DNA from: an uncultured Rhizobiaceae bacterium
GTDB lineage: Bacteria > Pseudomonadota > Alphaproteobacteria > UBA828
Length of the DNA stretch: 48,467 bases
Direction of reading: 5' to 3'
NCBI GenBank assembly: GCA_964624055.1
Contig: CAZUXZ010000103.1
Location: 1 to 48,467 of the forward strand
Shown here: positions 10,180-20,900 of the stretch, piece after piece
Layout of the letters: each line of letters begins with the position of its first letter
Position numbering within the stretch: the first letter of the stretch is position 1
The notes under the pieces: model-generated
Database searches by the model: none
What the model saw: only the letters and a program-made list of their open reading frames with translations
What the model was told of the DNA's origin: nothing
Made by a program: the position numbers and the translations under genes

Positions 10180-10833
10180 TTGAGCGCAACGGAGGTGCAT
10201 ACCTATACGCTCGGCGAAAGGCTCGTCGACAATATCTGCCATGCTCTCGGCGTTGGCGCTAGCATTTCCGGGCTAGTCATGCTGGTTATCGTTTCAAGCC
10301 GCTATTCCGGTGCGCTGCCGATGACCAGTTTTGCGATCTATGGCGGTACGCTCCTGCTCGTCTTCACTGCCTCCGCGCTCTATAACGTGCTTCGATTTGG
10401 CGTGCTCAGCAAGGTGCTGCGCCTGTTGGATCACTCCGCGATATATCTTCTTATCGCCGGAACCTACACGCCGGTCGCGCTTAACAGTATTCCTGGAGCT
10501 TGGGGTTGGAGCCTGTTCGGCGTGGTGTGGGGCCTTGCGCTCGCCGGCGTCGCGCTCATACTCGCTTTTCCGGGGCAGTTTGAGAAGCTTGCTATCGGGC
10601 TTTATCTCGCCACCGGCTGGGCTGGGCTAGTTGCCATTGAACCTCTCGTCACCAATTTACACTGGGTGGCCCTGATTTTGTTCGGTATCGGCGGATTCTT
10701 CTTCACCGCCGGGGTCGGCTTTCATCTCTGGACCGGACTACGCTATCACAATGTGATCTGGCATGTCTTCGTTCTCGCAGGTGCCATGTGCCACTATTTC
10801 TCTGTGATCTTCTTCGTCCGACCGAGTTTGTGA
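10180..10833 (+). CDS. Hemolysin III / PAQR family membrane protein
   Basis: Seven predicted TM segments, LDHSAIYLLIAGTYTP and HxFVL motifs. TTG start preceded by AAGGAAG. Confidence 0.85.
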   Translation: MSATEVHTYTLGERLVDNICHALGVGASISGLVMLVIVSSRYSGALPMTSFAIYGGTLLLVFTASALYNVLRFGVLSKVLRLLDHSAIYLLIAGTYTPVALNSIPGAWGWSLFGVVWGLALAGVALILAFPGQFEKLAIGLYLATGWAGLVAIEPLVTNLHWVALILFGIGGFFFTAGVGFHLWTGLRYHNVIWHVFVLAGAMCHYFSVIFFVRPSL

Positions 10834-10926
10834 TCAAAAGCCGGAGGCGATTGCCAAATACCGCAATAATCCCTAACTAACAATTATGGGGCCGTTCGGT
10901 CCGCCTTTGAACCTGCGCGAGAGTTT

Positions 10927-12801
10927 ATGGTCCACATGCCCCGCGAAGCGCAAGAAATGCGGCCACCCGCCGCACGCTCGCATATGCACACCATCCGCAC
11001 GATACTTCCTTATCTTTGGCAGCGCTCGTTCGAGATGCGCGGGCGGGTGGTTTTGGCTCTGATCCTTCTGGTATTGGCCAAGGTGGCCAATGTCTACGTA
11101 CCGATCCTCTATAAACAGGCAATCGACATATTGGGAGAGGATCAAGCCGTCGTAATCGTGGTGCCGATTGCGTTGCTTATTGCCTATGGCGCTCTGCGTG
11201 TCGCGACGGTCGCTTTCGGCGAGTTGCGGGACGCGGTGTTTGCCAAGGTGGCTGAACGCGCCATCCGTAACGTTTCGCTTCGTGTGTTTGAGCATCTTCA
11301 TCGCCTGTCGCTTCGCTTCCATCTTGAGCGGCGCACTGGCGGCCTGTCTCGTGCCATCGAGCGCGGTGTGAAGGGTATTGAGTTCCTACTCACCTTTATG
11401 CTGTTCAACATACTTCCTACCCTGGTGGAAGTCATCATGGTGTGTGGCATTTTGTGGTGGTTCTACGGCGTTTCCTATGCCGCCATCACCTTCGTTACCA
11501 TTGCCGCCTATATCGCCTTCACGCTCATAGTCACCGAATGGAGACTCAAATTTCGCCGTCGCATGAATCAGCAGGATTCAGAGGCTCATACCAAGGCAAT
11601 CGACAGTCTGCTCAATTATGAAACAGTCAAATATTTCGGCAATGAGCAGCATGAGGCCGAGCGTTTCGACGAATCGCGCCAACGCTATGAGAAAGCGGCG
11701 GTACAGAGCAAGACAAGCCTCTCGATGCTCAATATTGGCCAGGGAGCGATAATCGCCATCGGCCTTACGGGAATCACTATTAAAGCAGGCTACGAGGTCG
11801 CCATCGGCACCATGACTATCGGCGATTTCGTTCTAGTAAACACTTACCTCATCCAGCTCTATATTCCGCTAAACTTCCTCGGCTTCGTTTATCGCGAAAT
11901 CAAGCAGTCGCTTACGGATATGGAGGCGATGTTTGAGCTCACCCATGTTTATCCGGAGATTGAGGACAAGTCGGATGCCCAACCACTTGAGGTAACTGAC
12001 GGCGAGATCCGGTTTGACCATGTGCGTTTCGCCTATGACGAGCGTCGTTGCATTCTCGATGATGTCTCCTTCGAAGTACCGCCAGGACAGACGGTAGCTA
12101 TCGTTGGCGCCTCGGGCGCGGGCAAGTCCACCGTCTCGCGCATTCTCTTCCGCTTCTACGATATCGAAGCAGGTGCTGTCTGCATTGACGGCCAGGATAT
12201 TCGTGAGGTGCAGCAGGATAGCTTGCGTGCTGCAATTGGCATCGTTCCGCAAGATACGGTGATGTTTAACGACAGCATCTATTACAACATTGCCTACGGC
12301 CGACCAGAGGCAAGCAAGGACGATATCGAGCTGGCCGCGCGCCTTGCTCACATTCACGATTTTATTGTCTCTCTGCCTGACGGCTATGAAACGCAGGTGG
12401 GCGAGCGCGGGCTGAAGCTGTCTGGGGGTGAGAAGCAGCGCGTCGCCATCGCCCGAACCATCCTGAAGAACCCACGCATCATGCTGTTTGATGAGGCTAC
12501 CTCGGCACTCGATTCCAAGACCGAGAAGGAGATTCAGGACAGTCTCCGCGAAGTGAGCCGTGACCGCTCCACGTTGGTGATTGCCCACCGCCTTTCAACC
12601 ATTGTCGATTCCGATCAGATCTTGGTGCTCGAAAATGGTCGCATCGTAGAGCGCGGTCGCCATACCGAACTGCTTGCCGCCGACGGCAAATACGCCGAAA
12701 TGTGGCGCCGCCAGCAGGAGACCGCCGAGCTGCAAAAGGAATTGGATGAGCGCCTAAAGCTTGAACAGCTCTCTCCGAGAAGAGAAGAAACCCCTGCATA
12801 A
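10927..12801 (+). CDS. ATM1-type ABC exporter (fused permease + ATPase)
   Basis: Six-TM domain followed by Walker A GASGAGKST, signature LSGGEKQR and Walker B IMLFDEATSALD. Strong resemblance to mitochondrial ATM1/ABCB7 homologs. The exact start among M1/M4/M11 is unresolved. Confidence 0.9.
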   Translation: MVHMPREAQEMRPPAARSHMHTIRTILPYLWQRSFEMRGRVVLALILLVLAKVANVYVPILYKQAIDILGEDQAVVIVVPIALLIAYGALRVATVAFGELRDAVFAKVAERAIRNVSLRVFEHLHRLSLRFHLERRTGGLSRAIERGVKGIEFLLTFMLFNILPTLVEVIMVCGILWWFYGVSYAAITFVTIAAYIAFTLIVTEWRLKFRRRMNQQDSEAHTKAIDSLLNYETVKYFGNEQHEAERFDESRQRYEKAAVQSKTSLSMLNIGQGAIIAIGLTGITIKAGYEVAIGTMTIGDFVLVNTYLIQLYIPLNFLGFVYREIKQSLTDMEAMFELTHVYPEIEDKSDAQPLEVTDGEIRFDHVRFAYDERRCILDDVSFEVPPGQTVAIVGASGAGKSTVSRILFRFYDIEAGAVCIDGQDIREVQQDSLRAAIGIVPQDTVMFNDSIYYNIAYGRPEASKDDIELAARLAHIHDFIVSLPDGYETQVGERGLKLSGGEKQRVAIARTILKNPRIMLFDEATSALDSKTEKEIQDSLREVSRDRSTLVIAHRLSTIVDSDQILVLENGRIVERGRHTELLAADGKYAEMWRRQQETAELQKELDERLKLEQLSPRREETPA

Positions 12802-12852
12802 AGGTTTTCCACCATATTCGCCGCCGCCGTAAACCCAATTTTCGTAAACTTG

Positions 12853-13431
12853 TCAGCCGCCCCAGAATCTAACTGGACCGACGTCGAGATGGACGAAATC
12901 CGATGAGCGGTAGAGCCCGACGCCGCCCATGCCGAGCTCGACAGCTTTCCGCCAGACCTGCGCGCTGTCGATGCCCAGGACGCGCACATCGATCGCCATG
13001 CCATAGGTATGTAGGCTGTTGGTGGCGACGCCCTCGCTGGCCTTTTTCAGCATCTCGTTGGTTTTTACCGAACGGAAGCCGGATATCACGTCGAAGGTGG
13101 TTTCTCCGCCAAGCGCTTGGCTGAGCCAAAAGAGCTGATCGAAGACGCCTCGGAACATCTCGCCGATTTGGTCCGAGCGCCGGTCGCGTAGGAGATAGTC
13201 GAAATCGGCGAGCGCCTCGGCAAGATATTTGCCGTCGCGCCAATAGGTAAGATCAAGATATTCCTCGGTCCACAAATTGTGCAGCGTGACATTGCGCTCC
13301 TTAATTTGCCAATAACCGGCATTGCTGCGCCGCGGCCAGGCGTTGACGGAGGCAGCTACGCTTAATCCGGCGGCGCCAGCGATGATTTGCCGTCGCGTCG
13401 GATGCGTGCGCTGATTTTCGCTTCCTCCCAT
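12853..13431 (-). CDS. DUF882 (YcbK/MepK-like) peptidase M15A family protein, Tat-exported
   Basis: Twin-arginine signal TRRQIIAGAAGLSVAASVNA. C-terminal SLHTYGMAID ... FVHLD Zn-peptidase motifs. Confidence 0.82.
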   Translation of the reverse strand: MGGSENQRTHPTRRQIIAGAAGLSVAASVNAWPRRSNAGYWQIKERNVTLHNLWTEEYLDLTYWRDGKYLAEALADFDYLLRDRRSDQIGEMFRGVFDQLFWLSQALGGETTFDVISGFRSVKTNEMLKKASEGVATNSLHTYGMAIDVRVLGIDSAQVWRKAVELGMGGVGLYRSSDFVHLDVGPVRFWGG

Positions 13432-13595
13432 GGTGGCGTCTTATGGCAAAAAACAAATAACTTCACAATTCGGTGATCCCCAGACGATGCGGTTGCCGCC
13501 GCTGGCTGAGAGCGATAGGCTGCTGTCAAAGCCCGGATGCATCCGACATGCGAGCATCCTGGGGCGGATGAATTCTAGAACATGGGGATGAAATC

Positions 13596-15086
13596 ATGGC
13601 CACAGCTACCGCTGAAATCGCTTCCGGTGTTTTTCTCAAAGATGTCAGACTGTTGCGCCAGCAATGTTATATAGACGGTTCTTGGGCCGATTCCGATAAC
13701 GGCAAAACCATCGATGTAACAAATCCGGCGGACAACAGCTTGATTGGCACCGTGCCGGCGATGGGCGCCGATGAGACACGCCGAGCGATCGAGGCGGCGA
13801 ACCGTGCTTACCCGGCATGGCGTGCGAAGACGGCCAAGGAGCGCTCGAAAATCTTGCGTAAATGGTTTGAACTGATGATGGAAAATCAGGAAGACCTTGC
13901 CATGATAATGACCGCTGAACAGGGCAAGCCGATGGCGGAGTCTCGCGGCGAGATCGTTTATGGCGGTTCTTTCGTTGAATGGTTCGCGGAGGAGGGCAAG
14001 CGCGCTTATGGTGATGTGGTTCCCCAGCCGACTAACGACAGGCGAATCGTTGTCACAAAGGAGCCGATCGGTGTTGTCGGGCTGATCACGCCATGGAACT
14101 TTCCTAATGCGATGATCACTCGCAAGGCCGGCCCGGCGCTGGCCGCGGGTTGTACTGTGGTGGCGCGCCCTGCGACCTCGACGCCTTATTCGGCGTTGGC
14201 GCTATGCGAACTTGGTGAACGCGCCGGTTTCCCGCCGGGGGTGCTCAACATTTTGACCGGTCCGTCGCGAGAGATGGGTGGCGAGATGACCTCCAACCCG
14301 ATCATACGCAAGCTCTCGTTCACTGGGTCCACTGAGGTCGGCAAGATTCTTATCGAGCAATGCGCCTCGACCGTGAAAAAAGTCTCCATGGAACTCGGTG
14401 GCAACGCACCCTTCATAGTGTTCAATGATGCTGACATGGACGAAGCGATCTCCGGTGCGATGGCGTCGAAGTACCGCAACACCGGGCAGACGTGTGTCTG
14501 CGCCAACCGGTTCCTGGTGCAGGATGGCGTCTATGATGAATTCGCCGAAAAGCTCGCCGCAGAGAGCGATAAGATGCGGGTTGGCAACGGCCTTCAGGGC
14601 GAGACCGAGCAGGGGCCACTGATTGATATGGCGGCGGTCGAGAAGATCGAGGAGCATATCCAGGACGCAGTTGAGAAGGGTGCTACAATCGTTACCGGTG
14701 GCGAGCGCCACGAGCTTGGCGGCAGCTTTTTCCAACCGACCGTTATCGCTAATGTCAACACCCAGATGAAGGTCGCTCGCGAGGAGACCTTTGGGCCTCT
14801 CGCGCCGCTCTTCCGCTTCCACACTGATGACGAAGCGGTGCAACTCGCCAACGACACCGAGTTTGGCCTCGCGGCCTATTTCTACAGCCGTGATATCGGC
14901 CGCATTTGGCGCGTTGCGGAGCAGCTCGAATATGGCATCGTCGGTATCAATGCCGGCATCATCTCTACTGAAGTCGCGCCCTTTGGCGGTATGAAGGAAT
15001 CGGGTGTTGGACGTGAGGGTTCCCACTATGGTTTGGACGAGTTCATGGAGGTGAAATACCTTTGTATGGGCGGCATCGACACATAA
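13596..15086 (+). CDS. gabD: NAD(P)+-dependent succinate-semialdehyde dehydrogenase
   Basis: ALDH family with catalytic ELGGNAP and GQTCVCANR motifs. The overall sequence is typical of GabD. Confidence 0.88.
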   Translation: MATATAEIASGVFLKDVRLLRQQCYIDGSWADSDNGKTIDVTNPADNSLIGTVPAMGADETRRAIEAANRAYPAWRAKTAKERSKILRKWFELMMENQEDLAMIMTAEQGKPMAESRGEIVYGGSFVEWFAEEGKRAYGDVVPQPTNDRRIVVTKEPIGVVGLITPWNFPNAMITRKAGPALAAGCTVVARPATSTPYSALALCELGERAGFPPGVLNILTGPSREMGGEMTSNPIIRKLSFTGSTEVGKILIEQCASTVKKVSMELGGNAPFIVFNDADMDEAISGAMASKYRNTGQTCVCANRFLVQDGVYDEFAEKLAAESDKMRVGNGLQGETEQGPLIDMAAVEKIEEHIQDAVEKGATIVTGGERHELGGSFFQPTVIANVNTQMKVAREETFGPLAPLFRFHTDDEAVQLANDTEFGLAAYFYSRDIGRIWRVAEQLEYGIVGINAGIISTEVAPFGGMKESGVGREGSHYGLDEFMEVKYLCMGGIDT

Positions 15087-15093
15087 GTCGCCA

Positions 15094-16443
15094 ATGACCG
15101 ATTTCGATCTATGCGTCGTCGGTGGCGGCTCGGGCGGCGTCGCTTGCGCTCGACGCGCGGCCAGTCATGGCGCGCGCGTTGGCTTGATCGAGGAAAGTCG
15201 CATGGGCGGCACCTGCGTTCATCGCGGTTGCATACCAAAGAAGTTTCTCGTCTACGCTTCGCATTTCAGTCACGATTTCGAGGACGCGACGGGATATGGC
15301 TGGACCGTCGGCGATACGAGTTTCGATTGGTACGAGATGATCGAAGCCAAGACCAAAGAGCTTGAGCGACTCGAGGGTATTTACCGCGGTTTACTAAAGA
15401 ATTCCGGTGTAACCGCGATCGATGGACGCGGCCATCTGGTCGATGCCCATACGGTTGCTACCGGCAACGAGACCCATAGCGCAGAGACCATACTCATCGC
15501 CACCGGCGGTTGGCCGACAATGCCGGACATTCCAGGCATTGAGCTTGCGATCACCTCAAACGAGGCGTTTGACCTGCCAGAATTGCCCGAGCGCATCGTT
15601 ATCATCGGTGGCGGCTATATCGCTTGCGAGTTCGCCTGCATCTTCAACGGCCTTGGCGTAGAGACGTTGCAGTTCTATCGCTCCGACATGATCCTGCGCG
15701 GCTTCGACATGGATATCCGAAAGATCGCTTGCGAAGAGATGCGAAGTGCAGGCGTGGGTGTTCAACTCAATACGAACGCCGTCAAGCTAGAGAAATCCTC
15801 CGGCGGTATCGCGGTGACGACGACCCATGGCGACGTAGTAGAGGTGGATCAGGTGCTGTTCGCCATCGGTCGTGACCCCAATACAGACGGCATCGGTCTT
15901 GATGATGTCGGCGTCGCACGCAACTACAGGGGCGCGGTAACTGTCGATTCGAGCTCGCGCAGTAATGTCGAGAACGTCTTTGCGGTAGGTGATTGCACCG
16001 ACCGGGTCAACCTTACCCCGGTCGCGATCCATGAAGGCCGCTGCCTCGCCGAAACGCTCTATAACAATAATCCCCAGATACCAAATCACCACAACATTGC
16101 GACCGCCGTATTCACCCAACCGGAGATCGGCACTGTCGGCATGAGCGAAGAGGATGCACGCAGCCATTTTGTCGCCGTCGATATTTTCAAGACGCGCTTT
16201 CGTCCGCTCAAGCACACGCTCACTGGGCGTGATGAAAAAGTTTTTATGAAGCTGGTGGTCGACAAAAAGGACGACCGGGTTGTGGGCTGCCACATGATCG
16301 GCGACGCGGCAGGCGAGCTGGTACAGCTACTCAGCGTCGCCATCAAGGCCGGCGCCACTAAGGCGCAGTTTGACGATACCGTTGCCGTGCACCCCACTTC
16401 GGCCGAGGAATTCGTGACTATGTACGAGCCGGAGGGCCAGTAA
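15094..16443 (+). CDS. gor: Glutathione-disulfide reductase
   Basis: GGGSGG FAD fold, redox-active GGTCVHRGCIPKK, C-terminal HPTSAEE dimer-interface motif. Starts 7 nt after the gabD stop. Confidence 0.88.
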   Translation: MTDFDLCVVGGGSGGVACARRAASHGARVGLIEESRMGGTCVHRGCIPKKFLVYASHFSHDFEDATGYGWTVGDTSFDWYEMIEAKTKELERLEGIYRGLLKNSGVTAIDGRGHLVDAHTVATGNETHSAETILIATGGWPTMPDIPGIELAITSNEAFDLPELPERIVIIGGGYIACEFACIFNGLGVETLQFYRSDMILRGFDMDIRKIACEEMRSAGVGVQLNTNAVKLEKSSGGIAVTTTHGDVVEVDQVLFAIGRDPNTDGIGLDDVGVARNYRGAVTVDSSSRSNVENVFAVGDCTDRVNLTPVAIHEGRCLAETLYNNNPQIPNHHNIATAVFTQPEIGTVGMSEEDARSHFVAVDIFKTRFRPLKHTLTGRDEKVFMKLVVDKKDDRVVGCHMIGDAAGELVQLLSVAIKAGATKAQFDDTVAVHPTSAEEFVTMYEPEGQ

Positions 16444-16538
16444 CATTGTTCATTGTCTTAATGAATTACTGGCGAAACTTGTGATAAGGGCGTATAGGCA
16501 GCGCCTAAATCGTTATGCGGTGCCCAAGGAGGCATGAC

Positions 16539-17918
16539 ATGACCCGAACCTGGAGCCCTGACGGTTGGCGCGGGCTACCCATCCTGCAGCAACCGTCGTG
16601 GCCCGATCCAGCCCGACTGGAAGACGCCGAGACACGTCTAGCCGCTTCACCGCCGCTAGTTTTCGCTGGCGAGGCACGAAGCTTGCGTGCGAAATTGACG
16701 GATGCCTGCGAGGGCAGGGCATTTTTGTTGCAGGGCGGCGACTGCGCTGAGAGCTTTGCCGAATTTCATGCTGACAATATCCGCGATACCTTCCGTGTGC
16801 TGTTGCAGATGGCCGTCGTACTCACCTTTGGCGCAAAATGTCCGGTAGTGAAAGTGGGGCGTCTAGCCGGACAGTTTGCCAAGCCGCGCTCCGCCGATAC
16901 AGAGACAATCGGTGACAAGACCCTGCCAGCCTATCGCGGGGACATGGTCAATGGTATGGAGTTCGAATCCGCTCAGCGTGAGCCCGATCCTGAGCGTCTG
17001 ATGCAGGCCTATAGCCAGTCTGCCGCGACGCTCAATCTGCTGCGCGCCTTCGCTCAGGGCGGCTATGCCGATCTTCATCAAGTGCAGCGTTGGAACCTTG
17101 GCTTTGTCGCTAACAGCCCGCTCAGTGACCGCTATAGCGATCTCGCCGAGCGCCTAACCGAAACGCTTGATTTCATGGCGGCCTGCGGCCTGACCTCGGA
17201 CACAACACCACAGATTCGCGAGACTGAATTCTACACCTCGCACGAGGCACTGCTGCTCGGCTATGAGCAGGCGTTGACCCGTGTCGATTCTACCTCTGGT
17301 GATTGGTATGCCTGCTCAGCGCATATGCTCTGGATCGGCGATCGCACGCGCCAGCCGGACGGCGCCCATATTGAATTCCTGCGCGGCGTGTGCAATCCAA
17401 TCGGCATCAAGGCAGGACCGTCGTTGGACCCGGACGAGCTGATTCGCCTGATCGACCTCCTAAATTCAGAGAACGAGCCCGGCCGACTTACTATCATCGC
17501 CCGCATGGGGGCGGACAAGGTCGAAGCTGGATTACTGCCCCTAATTCGCGCTGTTGAGCGTGAAGGACGCAAGGTTTTATGGGCCTGCGATCCAATGCAT
17601 GGTAACACGATCAAGTCCTCAAACGGTTACAAGACCCGTGTATTTGACAACATTCTCTCGGAGGTGAGCGGCTTTTTCGCTGCGCATCGCACCGAAGGCA
17701 CTTATCCAGGGGGTGTGCATTTCGAGATGACGGGCCAGGACGTTACCGAATGTCTCGGTGGCGCCCAGGCAATCACCGAAGAGGGCCTGTCGGACCGCTA
17801 TCACACCCATTGCGATCCGCGACTCAACGCCTCGCAAGCGCTTGAGTTAGCGTTTCTCATAGCCGAGCGCCTGCAGGCAGAACGTAATCGAGAATCTCGT
17901 TACAGGCGGGCATCCTAA
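16539..17918 (+). CDS. Class II (plant-like) 3-deoxy-7-phosphoheptulonate (DAHP) synthase
   Basis: N-terminus [18 protein letters not shown] and internal GDCAESF are typical of class II DAHPS. Start moved to ATG 16539, which has an AAGGAGG SD about 6 nt upstream. Confidence 0.9.
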   Translation: MTRTWSPDGWRGLPILQQPSWPDPARLEDAETRLAASPPLVFAGEARSLRAKLTDACEGRAFLLQGGDCAESFAEFHADNIRDTFRVLLQMAVVLTFGAKCPVVKVGRLAGQFAKPRSADTETIGDKTLPAYRGDMVNGMEFESAQREPDPERLMQAYSQSAATLNLLRAFAQGGYADLHQVQRWNLGFVANSPLSDRYSDLAERLTETLDFMAACGLTSDTTPQIRETEFYTSHEALLLGYEQALTRVDSTSGDWYACSAHMLWIGDRTRQPDGAHIEFLRGVCNPIGIKAGPSLDPDELIRLIDLLNSENEPGRLTIIARMGADKVEAGLLPLIRAVEREGRKVLWACDPMHGNTIKSSNGYKTRVFDNILSEVSGFFAAHRTEGTYPGGVHFEMTGQDVTECLGGAQAITEEGLSDRYHTHCDPRLNASQALELAFLIAERLQAERNRESRYRRAS

Positions 17919-17963
17919 GAAAGATATCGCTTCAGATTTCACCGGCAACCGGCAGGGTGCATT

Positions 17964-19121
17964 ATGGCGAACTCCCCTTCCCAAGAGAATATCACCAGTC
18001 AAACCGACCGTTACTTCGTAAAAACCCGCCAGGCGGTCGGCCGCTTCGGCGATAAGAACGTGACTTATGCTATCTTCATGCGCCGTCCGGTCTGTTATGC
18101 ACCGCGCTTGGTTGTCGAATGGCTGTATAGTGTTGCCGAGGAACGGGGTGCGGAATTCACCATCGAAAGCCGCTTCGAGGAAGGCGATTGGGTCGGTGCC
18201 GGCGAACCACTCCTTTTTATCAGTGGTCCGCTCTATCATTTGGTTGATCTTGAGACCCTCTATCTTCAGCGACTCGGGGCCGCCTGTGTAGCTGCGTACA
18301 ATGCCTACTCCATGTGCGTCACCCTGCCGAAGGTTGGGTTTATGGCGATGGACGCGCGCCATTGCGCCGGTCAAGAGATGGCGGAAATGATGGCTTATGC
18401 CGCCTCTATTGGCTCCGAAAGTGCTAAGCGCGACAGTGATGCGGTCGGCTTTATTGCTAATTCCAACGACGCGACCGCGCACTATTTTGGTAATTCCGAC
18501 GGTTTCGGCACAATGCCGCATGCCTTTGTCGGGTATGCCGGTTCAACGCTCCGCGCGGCGGAGATGTACCGCGAGGTGTTCCCCGATGAGGGGCTAACGG
18601 TGCTAGTCGACTATTTCGGCCAGGAAGTCACGGACACGCTTGAGGTGTGCCGCGCTTTTCCTGAAATCGCCGCTGCTGGCGAGCTTCGGCTACGACTCGA
18701 CACACATGGCGGACGATATATCGAGGGCCTTGATATGGCTGGGTCCTACTCGGTGCTGGAAAAGCACAAGCCCCGTGCCGTGCGCCAGTATCGAAGCGAG
18801 ACTGAACTTAAATGGCTGGTTGGCACCGGCGTGAGCGCCGCAGCGATTTTTCATATGCGTGACAAATTGGACGAAGCCGGCTTCGACAAGGTCAAGATCA
18901 TCGCGAGTTCAGGCTTCAATCCGGAGAAGTGCAAGGTGATGGCGAGTGCTCGCGCCCCCATCGATGTCATCGGCACTGGTTTGTTATTGCCCGAGTTTTG
19001 GTCCGAGACCTACGCCACCGCCGATATCATCGCCTATGATGGTGAGGTGCGGGTGAAAATGGGGCGCGAATTTCTGCTGCGAAACGGGTTCACCCAGGCG
19101 CATGTCAAAAAAGCCGATTGA
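17964..19121 (+). CDS. pncB: Nicotinate phosphoribosyltransferase (short, about 385-aa type)
   Basis: N-terminal TDRYFVKTRQ and PRTase barrel features. Sits directly upstream of nadE (28-nt gap). Confidence 0.75.
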   Translation: MANSPSQENITSQTDRYFVKTRQAVGRFGDKNVTYAIFMRRPVCYAPRLVVEWLYSVAEERGAEFTIESRFEEGDWVGAGEPLLFISGPLYHLVDLETLYLQRLGAACVAAYNAYSMCVTLPKVGFMAMDARHCAGQEMAEMMAYAASIGSESAKRDSDAVGFIANSNDATAHYFGNSDGFGTMPHAFVGYAGSTLRAAEMYREVFPDEGLTVLVDYFGQEVTDTLEVCRAFPEIAAAGELRLRLDTHGGRYIEGLDMAGSYSVLEKHKPRAVRQYRSETELKWLVGTGVSAAAIFHMRDKLDEAGFDKVKIIASSGFNPEKCKVMASARAPIDVIGTGLLLPEFWSETYATADIIAYDGEVRVKMGREFLLRNGFTQAHVKKAD

Positions 19122-19149
19122 CGCGTGGATGCTTTAGAGAAACTGTCTT

Positions 19150-20814
19150 ATGTCCGGCCCACTTACGATCGCGCTCTGCCAGAGCAACCCGACAGTCGGC
19201 GATATTCCCGGCAATGCTGCCCTGATTCGCAGTGCACGCGCTGAGGCCGCCGCCGGCAGCGCCGACTTGGTTATGTTTGCCGAGCTGATGGTCACAGGCT
19301 ATCCGCCGGAGGATCTAATTCTCAAGCCGATGTTTCAAGAGGCAGCGGAGGTAGCGGTGCGAGGGATCGCAGACGAGACCAGTGATGGCGGCCCGGCCGT
19401 GCTTCTTGGCACTCCGTGGCGGGAAGATGGCAAACTTTACAACGCGGCGCTATTGCTGGATGGCGGGAAAGTTGCTGCCAAGCGCTACAAATATGCGTTG
19501 CCAAATTATGGAGTGTTCGACGAGCTTCGCGTGTTCAAGCGGGGTCCCTTGCCCGGCCCCATAGCATTCCGCGGCGTCCGGCTTGGCGTGATGGTGTGCG
19601 AGGATATGTGGGTTGAGGAGGTCTCCGAATGTCTTACCGAATCGGGCGCGCAGATACTCACCGTAATCAATGGCTCACCCTATGAGCGCGACAAGATTGA
19701 TATGCGCCTCAACAACGCCGTTAAACAAGTCGTCGAGACCAACCTGCCACTGATCTACCTTAATCAAGTCGGCGGCCAGGACGAGTTGGTTTTCGACGGC
19801 GCGTCCTTTGTGCTCGGCGCTGATCGCTCGCTTCGAGCCCGTGCTGCCATGTTCGCTGAGGATATGCTGCTGACTCGCTGGTCGGAAGACGCCGATGGTG
19901 TATGGCAGTGCGACACAATGTCGCCCGCCCCACATTTGGAAGGTCTTGAGGCGGTATATCACGCCATGGTGCTGGGCCTGCGCGACTATGTCGGCAAGAA
20001 CGACTTTCCTGGCATCGCTATCGGTATTTCGGGCGGAATCGATTCGGCACTCTCCGCCGCCGTTGCCGTCGACGCGTTGGGGCCCGGGAGAGTGCATTGT
20101 GTGCGGATGCCGTCGCGCTATACTTCCGAGGCGTCGCTGTTAGACGCTGCTGAATGTTGCGAGTTGCTCGGCCTTGTCTATAGCACGATAGATATTGAAC
20201 CGGCGATTGAGGCCTTCCACGGCATGATGGCCAAGTCCTTTGTCGGGCATGAAACGGACGCAACGGAGGAAAATATCCAGGCGCGTGCGCGTGGTATCAT
20301 CATGATGGCGCTGAGCAATAAGCTAGGCCATATGGTGCTCACCACCGGTAACAAGTCGGAAATGTCGATCGGCTATGCCACCCTCTATGGCGATATGTGC
20401 GGCGGCTACTCGGTTCTTAAGGATGTTTATAAGAGCGTGGTCTTTGATCTTTCGCGCTGGCGTAATCAGAATTGGTGGCCCGAATTCAAGGGCCCGGAAG
20501 GTCGTGTCATCCCGGAAAACATAATTACCAAGCCGCCCTCAGCCGAGTTACGACCCAATCAGACTGATCAAGATTCCTTGCCGCCTTATAACGTACTCGA
20601 CGATATACTCGAATGTCTCATTGAGAAGGAGCTGGCAACTACCGAGATTATCGCGCGCGGCCATGACGAAGCGGTTGTTGCCCGTATCTGGCATCTACTG
20701 GACGTGGCCGAATACAAACGCCGCCAGGCACCTCCCGGCGTCAAGCTGACGAGTCGCGCGCTTGGCAGGGACCGGCGTTATCCCATTACCAACCGCTTTC
20801 GTGGCGCTCCCTGA
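19150..20814 (+). CDS. nadE: Glutamine-dependent NAD+ synthetase (CN-hydrolase + synthetase domains)
   Basis: N-terminal nitrilase-like domain (MVCEDMW) and C-terminal PP-loop GISGGIDSAL. Confidence 0.92.
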   Translation: MSGPLTIALCQSNPTVGDIPGNAALIRSARAEAAAGSADLVMFAELMVTGYPPEDLILKPMFQEAAEVAVRGIADETSDGGPAVLLGTPWREDGKLYNAALLLDGGKVAAKRYKYALPNYGVFDELRVFKRGPLPGPIAFRGVRLGVMVCEDMWVEEVSECLTESGAQILTVINGSPYERDKIDMRLNNAVKQVVETNLPLIYLNQVGGQDELVFDGASFVLGADRSLRARAAMFAEDMLLTRWSEDADGVWQCDTMSPAPHLEGLEAVYHAMVLGLRDYVGKNDFPGIAIGISGGIDSALSAAVAVDALGPGRVHCVRMPSRYTSEASLLDAAECCELLGLVYSTIDIEPAIEAFHGMMAKSFVGHETDATEENIQARARGIIMMALSNKLGHMVLTTGNKSEMSIGYATLYGDMCGGYSVLKDVYKSVVFDLSRWRNQNWWPEFKGPEGRVIPENIITKPPSAELRPNQTDQDSLPPYNVLDDILECLIEKELATTEIIARGHDEAVVARIWHLLDVAEYKRRQAPPGVKLTSRALGRDRRYPITNRFRGAP

Positions 20815-20900
20815 GCGTGGACCTCAAAAGCGAAATCTGTTACCGGTTAGCGACCGGATATGACGAGACGGAACGGCAATAAGAAAGGTCAGAAAATCGG

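Noticed and set aside
13537-13546. 10-bp palindrome GGATGCATCC upstream of gabD
   Set aside because: It is a single short palindrome with no adjacent promoter elements that I could recognise and no nearby regulator. That is too weak to call an operator.
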